Of a DNA stretch of 40,105 nt, positions 35,785 to 40,105 are shown one piece after another (position 1 is the first letter of the stretch; every line of letters starts with the position of its first letter). The stretch is from Planctomycetota bacterium (GTDB lineage Bacteria > Planctomycetota > Phycisphaerae > SM23-33). Made by a program: the position numbers and the translations under genes. The stretch spans positions 1 to 40,105 of the forward strand of contig JAXIHJ010000082.1 of the NCBI GenBank assembly GCA_034189755.1. The letters are read 5' to 3'. The notes beneath the pieces are model-generated. The model had not been told where the DNA came from. It did not search any database and was given only the letters and a program-made list of their open reading frames with translations.

Positions 35785-38700
35785 ATGAAACTCAGGAAGC
35801 TCATTCTGCACGGGTTCAAAAGTTTTGCCGATCGGACAACGTTTGATTTTGACGAAGGAGTAAGTTGCGTTGTCGGGCCAAACGGCTGTGGCAAGAGTAA
35901 CATTGTCGATGCCGTCAAATGGGTGCTCGGTACCCAGTCGGCCAAGAGTCTTCGCGGTTCGGAGATGATGGATGTAGTTTTCAACGGCTCAGCCGGCCGG
36001 CGGGCTGCAAGCATGGCGGAGGTTACGCTGGTCTTCGACAACGGCACCGGCGTGCTCCAGCCCAATGTCAAGGAGGATTCAGCCAACGGCGCTGACGGCC
36101 TCGTTTCCGTCTCTCGGCAGCTGTTCCGGTCCGGGCAGAGCAAATATCTCATCAACAAAACCCCGTGCCGTCTGAAGGACGTCCGCGAGATGTTCATGGA
36201 CACGGGCATCGGCATAGATGCCTACAGCCTTATCGAGCAGGGGCGCGTCGAGATGTTCCTTCAGGCCTCGCAGGACGAACGACGCGCGATATTCGATGAA
36301 GCCGCCGGAATCAGCAAGTACAAGGCCCGCAAAGCGGAGGCTATCCGAAAGCTTCAGCGCGTCGAGCAGAACCTGCTGCGGCTGAACGATATCCTGGCTG
36401 AAGTTGAGAAACAGCTTCGCTCGGTCAAATATCAAGCCGGCAAGGCGCGAAACTATCAGACCTATACCGAAAGGCTCAAAGACCTGCGGTCGTTGTATTT
36501 CCTCGCCCAGTACCACAGTTTGAACCAACAGCGCACCGAGTTGCAGCGGCAGCTTGATGCCGACACCGATGCGCTTTCGGCGGTCAGTGCACGCATCGAT
36601 CAGCTCGAAGCGGCCCGCAGCGCAACGGAGGTCGAGTCGGTTGACTTAGAGCAGGCCGCCCGCGGGTTACAGGGGCGACTTGCCGCGGTAAGCGGGCAGA
36701 TTGCCACCTGCCGGGATCGGACCGAAATGCTCTCGGCCCGAGTCAAGGAACTCGGCGAGCAGATCGTAACCGCCGCATCGCGCTGCGAGGAGGTCGAGGC
36801 CAAGCTCGAAGCCGCCGACGCCGACATCACCCGGCGCCGCGCCGAGGCCGATCGTGTCGAAGCCGCCTCCGCCGAACTTACCGGCCAACTCGAAGCCGTC
36901 CATGCCGAACACACCTCCGGCGAAAAGGCCGTCGTTCATTTGCAGGCCAGGCTGGCTGACGAAAAGGCCGGCACTATCGACCTGTTTCGCCGCACCGCAC
37001 AGCTTCACAACGAGATACACACGTTCGGCGTCCGCCGGGAAACGCTGCACGGTCAGGAGGCGCGCCTCACCAGCCGGGCCGAGGAAATAACCGAAACCCA
37101 CAACGCCGCCGCAGCCGAGCGGGCCGGCGTACAAGCAAAGCTGGACGACGTGGCGAAAATCCTGGCCGAAACCCAGGCCAAGCTGGATCAGACCCAGCAG
37201 GCCGGGCAACGTGTCTTCGATGAACAACAGCAGTTTCAACGCCAACTTGCCGAGTCGCGCGAGGCCCGAAGCGCCCTTGCCAGTCGCATGGACGCGATCC
37301 GCGAGATGCAGGCCCGTATGGAAGGCATAGCCGCCGGTGCCCGACGCGTGGTCGAGGCCCGCCGCGACGGCCGGTGCCAGGCCATACGCGGAATGCTGTG
37401 CGAGTTCCTCTCAAGCGACCTCGAGCACGCACCGGTGGTCGAAGCTGCCTTGGCGGGGGCCGACCAGCAACTTCTGGCGATGAAGCTGGATGAGTTGACA
37501 GCATCGGCCGACGAACTCAACGAGGTCGTCGGCGAAGGCGGCTCGGTCGAGGTAATCTGCCTGGACCGCGTTCCGGCCCACCGCAGCGAGTTGGACATTT
37601 CAGCCTGCCCGCAGGCGGTATCGCGGGCGATCGACCTGGTGCGGTTCGAGCCGTGGCTGGAGCCTGTGATGCAGCGGCTGCTCGGCCGAACGCTGGTGGT
37701 CCGCACACTGGCCGACGCCGTCGAAGCCGCCGCCCAAAAGTCCGATACGCGGTTCGTAACGCTCAATGGCGAGGTGCTCGAAGCCGACGGGCGGGTTCGC
37801 ATCGGCGCCGCCAATCGCGCCGCCGGAATCATCACGCGGCGCAGCGAGTTGGCCGAACTCCAAACCGACCACCGGAAGCTCGACGAACAGATCGATCACC
37901 TTGCTCAGCAGTGCGACACCGCGTGCAACGAGCACGAGCATCTGGAACAGATCGGCAAGAAACTGCGAACGGCTATCTACGAGGCGAACACCGAGCGGGT
38001 CGAGTGTAAAAGCCGGCTGGCCCAACTCGACGGGCAGATTGAAAAACTCCAGCGCGAGCAGCCGCTTATCGCCGACGACCTGAAGCACGTCGCCGAGCAG
38101 ATCGTCGCCGCCGTCCGCGATACCCGCCAGGCCGAGGAAAAGGCCGGCGAACTGGAAAAACTCAACCGGCAGCGTGAGCAGGAAATCGTCCGCTTCGAAG
38201 AGCAGATCGCCGCAGCCCAAACCCGGCAGCGGGAACTGGCGGCGAAGCTGACCGAATTGAAGGTTGCACTGGCCCAGTCGGAGGAAAAGAAGCAGGCGAT
38301 TCGCGAGGCCCTCTCGGCCCTGGCCCGGCAGCGAGATGCGATGCAGGCCGACCTGTCGTCGGACCGTTCACAGATCGACCTGAACCGTCAGCGCCGCGAC
38401 GACGCCAAGGCCGCCATAACCGCCGCAGGCGAAGAAACCGACCGCCTCTGCGCCGAGCAGACAAAGCTCAACGTCGAGGCCGAGGAAACCGACCAGACCC
38501 GCCACGGCTTGCGGGAAAAACTCGAGCAGATTCGCCAGGAGCTTACCAGTCAGCGGCGGACGCAGGAAGAGGCCTCCGAAAAAGTCAACACCGCACGCGT
38601 CGAACTGTCCGAAGCGGACGTCCGTATCGAGAACCTCATCGCGCGGGCGTCCGACGAGATGAACATGGCCCTGCTTCAGCGCTACGCCGACTACAGCCAC

Positions 38701-39405
38701 GACGAGGCCCGTGACTGGGACGCCGTAGAGGCCGAAATCACGGAGCTGCGCGGCAAGATCGAGCGTCTTGGCAACGTCAACCTCGACGCCATCGCCGAAC
38801 AGGACGAGTTGCAGCAGCGGCGGGAGTTTCTATCGGGCCAGCTCGACGACGTCAACGCCTCGCGCAAGCAGCTCGATGAGCTGATCCGCCGTATCAACAC
38901 CGAAAGCCGCCAGCGATTCACCGAAATGTTCGAGAAGGTTCGCGCCAACTTCCAGGATCTGTTCCGCAAACTTTTCGGCGGAGGCCGGGCCGACATCGTG
39001 CTGCTGGACGACGAAGACGTGCTCGAAAGCGGCATCGAAATAGTAGCCCGCCCGCCCGGCAAGGAGCTTCGCAGCCTCTCGCTTCTGTCCGGCGGCGAAA
39101 AAACAATGACCGCGCTGGCACTGCTGTTCAGCATCTTCAAGTCCAAGCCAAGCCCGTTCTGCCTCCTGGACGAGGTCGACGCCGCGCTCGACGAAGCCAA
39201 CACCGAGCGGTTCGCCAACCTCTTGCAGCAGTTCGTCCACTCCAGCCAGTTCATCATCATCTCGCACGCCAAGCGGACCATGGGCATGTCCAACGTGCTC
39301 TACGGCGTGACGATGCAGGAACCGGGCGTCTCAAAGCGGATATCCGTCCGTTTCGAAGACGTCGGCCACCGGCTCAAGCAGCAGCTTGAACCGGTTGAGG
39401 CGTAA
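35785..39405 (+). CDS. smc: Chromosome segregation protein SMC
   Basis: GFKSFAD, Walker A GPNGCGKSN, coiled coils with central hinge, LSGGEK, Walker B LDEVDAALD; 1206 aa. Confidence 0.97.
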   Translation: MKLRKLILHGFKSFADRTTFDFDEGVSCVVGPNGCGKSNIVDAVKWVLGTQSAKSLRGSEMMDVVFNGSAGRRAASMAEVTLVFDNGTGVLQPNVKEDSANGADGLVSVSRQLFRSGQSKYLINKTPCRLKDVREMFMDTGIGIDAYSLIEQGRVEMFLQASQDERRAIFDEAAGISKYKARKAEAIRKLQRVEQNLLRLNDILAEVEKQLRSVKYQAGKARNYQTYTERLKDLRSLYFLAQYHSLNQQRTELQRQLDADTDALSAVSARIDQLEAARSATEVESVDLEQAARGLQGRLAAVSGQIATCRDRTEMLSARVKELGEQIVTAASRCEEVEAKLEAADADITRRRAEADRVEAASAELTGQLEAVHAEHTSGEKAVVHLQARLADEKAGTIDLFRRTAQLHNEIHTFGVRRETLHGQEARLTSRAEEITETHNAAAAERAGVQAKLDDVAKILAETQAKLDQTQQAGQRVFDEQQQFQRQLAESREARSALASRMDAIREMQARMEGIAAGARRVVEARRDGRCQAIRGMLCEFLSSDLEHAPVVEAALAGADQQLLAMKLDELTASADELNEVVGEGGSVEVICLDRVPAHRSELDISACPQAVSRAIDLVRFEPWLEPVMQRLLGRTLVVRTLADAVEAAAQKSDTRFVTLNGEVLEADGRVRIGAANRAAGIITRRSELAELQTDHRKLDEQIDHLAQQCDTACNEHEHLEQIGKKLRTAIYEANTERVECKSRLAQLDGQIEKLQREQPLIADDLKHVAEQIVAAVRDTRQAEEKAGELEKLNRQREQEIVRFEEQIAAAQTRQRELAAKLTELKVALAQSEEKKQAIREALSALARQRDAMQADLSSDRSQIDLNRQRRDDAKAAITAAGEETDRLCAEQTKLNVEAEETDQTRHGLREKLEQIRQELTSQRRTQEEASEKVNTARVELSEADVRIENLIARASDEMNMALLQRYADYSHDEARDWDAVEAEITELRGKIERLGNVNLDAIAEQDELQQRREFLSGQLDDVNASRKQLDELIRRINTESRQRFTEMFEKVRANFQDLFRKLFGGGRADIVLLDDEDVLESGIEIVARPPGKELRSLSLLSGGEKTMTALALLFSIFKSKPSPFCLLDEVDAALDEANTERFANLLQQFVHSSQFIIISHAKRTMGMSNVLYGVTMQEPGVSKRISVRFEDVGHRLKQQLEPVEA

Positions 39406-39435
39406 AGCCCCGCACCTCCGGCGAAACGCACCTTT

Positions 39436-39532
39436 CGCGCCCAATTCCACCCGATTGCGCCCAATTGCGCCCAGTTGCGCCCAATTGCGCCCAGTTGCGC
39501 CCAATTGCGCCCGATTGCGCCCAATTGCGCCC
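39436..39532 (-). repeat. Tandem array of 10-bp units GGGCGCAAYY (8 units, then degenerate unit and partial)
   Basis: Plus strand reads (RRTTGCGCCC)x8 at 39453-39532, preceded by CGCGCCC-AATTCCACCC. Confidence 0.98.
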
Positions 39533-39671
39533 AAAGTGTTTTTTGCGTAAGTCGCGAGTAAACAAACACTTAGCTGTTTTAGACCCCCATAAATGAGCGG
39601 TTTTGAAATTTTTAAAACATTGGGGTTTTTGAGTGTTGGTTCAGTAACCTATTGCCTGTTAAGACGTTCCG
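39436..39671 (-). repeat. Dispersed element, copy 2 (inverted relative to copy 1)
   Basis: Reverse complement aligns to 2-247 with one fewer array unit. Confidence 0.95.
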
Positions 39672-39710
39672 GGTTCCGGTCTTCACTTGTCAAATAGCGT
39701 TTAACAGATA

Positions 39711-40105
39711 CCGCTCGCTTAGGCGCCCCGCCTACCTACCGGAGGTGGGCAGGTCGCGGCTAGTAGGCGCATAGGACGCCCCCGTCTTCTATCAGATGAC
39801 GTTATTTGCGCGCGCAAACGGCGTCGCAAAACTTCTGTTGACGTTGTAAGTCCCGGCTGGCCAAGGAGAATTTTTTTTTATTTTCCGGGGGTGCTTTCGG
39901 TGTGAGTTTGCAAATCCGTGCGCGCAAAACAGTCCACGAATTACACGAATTGCACGAATGTAGAAGAAAAAGAAGAAACAATCCACGAGTTACGGATTAC
40001 TCCTGCCTACCCGGCTAGCGACAGCTAGGCAGGCAGGGATTACGGATTACGGTTTCAACAAGCCGCGAACGACGCGAACAAAAACTGACCGCTGATCGCT
40101 GACTG
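39711..40105. repeat. Non-coding cluster of short repeats: REP-like motif, two CCTRCC...GGCAGG hairpins, 9-mer and 7-mer tandem runs
   Basis: 39711-39765 REP-like; hairpins at 39731-39753 and 40002-40037; CACGAATTN run 39933-39959; GGATTAC run 39987-40056; CTGANNG run 40085-40105. Confidence 0.7.

Noticed and set aside
39436-39532. Canonical parS site next to smc
   Set aside because: No match to the 16-bp parS palindrome, and the other copy lies beside rdgB, so adjacency to smc may be coincidental.

Overview
GC-rich bacterial chromosomal segment, densely packed with housekeeping genes; gene content and order suggest Planctomycetota, probably Phycisphaerae (inference). It carries rdgB, argF/argB/argH, tsaE, thiL, pyrK, a TIGR03960-type radical SAM gene, mnmE, a zinc-ribbon/RNase HI/dnaG/rpoD run, a REC-HD-GYP regulator, pgk-rpe-(degenerate histidine phosphatase)-accD, an hpf/PTS/DUF2344/RNase E-G operon, ackA and a LysM/FlgI-like/smc cluster. 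I saw no tRNA, rRNA, CRISPR array, transposase or integrase. The most unusual signal is non-coding: two diverged, mutually inverted copies of a ~240-bp element at the window ends (2-247 and 39436-39671). Each has a 139-bp AT-rich leader (102/139 identical by hand count, no gaps, two TAA-N19-TTA-type sites 97 bp apart) joined to a polarised array of 10-bp GGGCGCAAYY repeats, and each begins about 30 bp after a stop codon in the same orientation relative to transcription. Also notable: a duplicated pyrK 5' end bracketing a small membrane-protein gene, nested short palindromic and 7/9-mer repeat clusters, and two proteins lacking canonical catalytic residues. All alignments and counts were done by eye.
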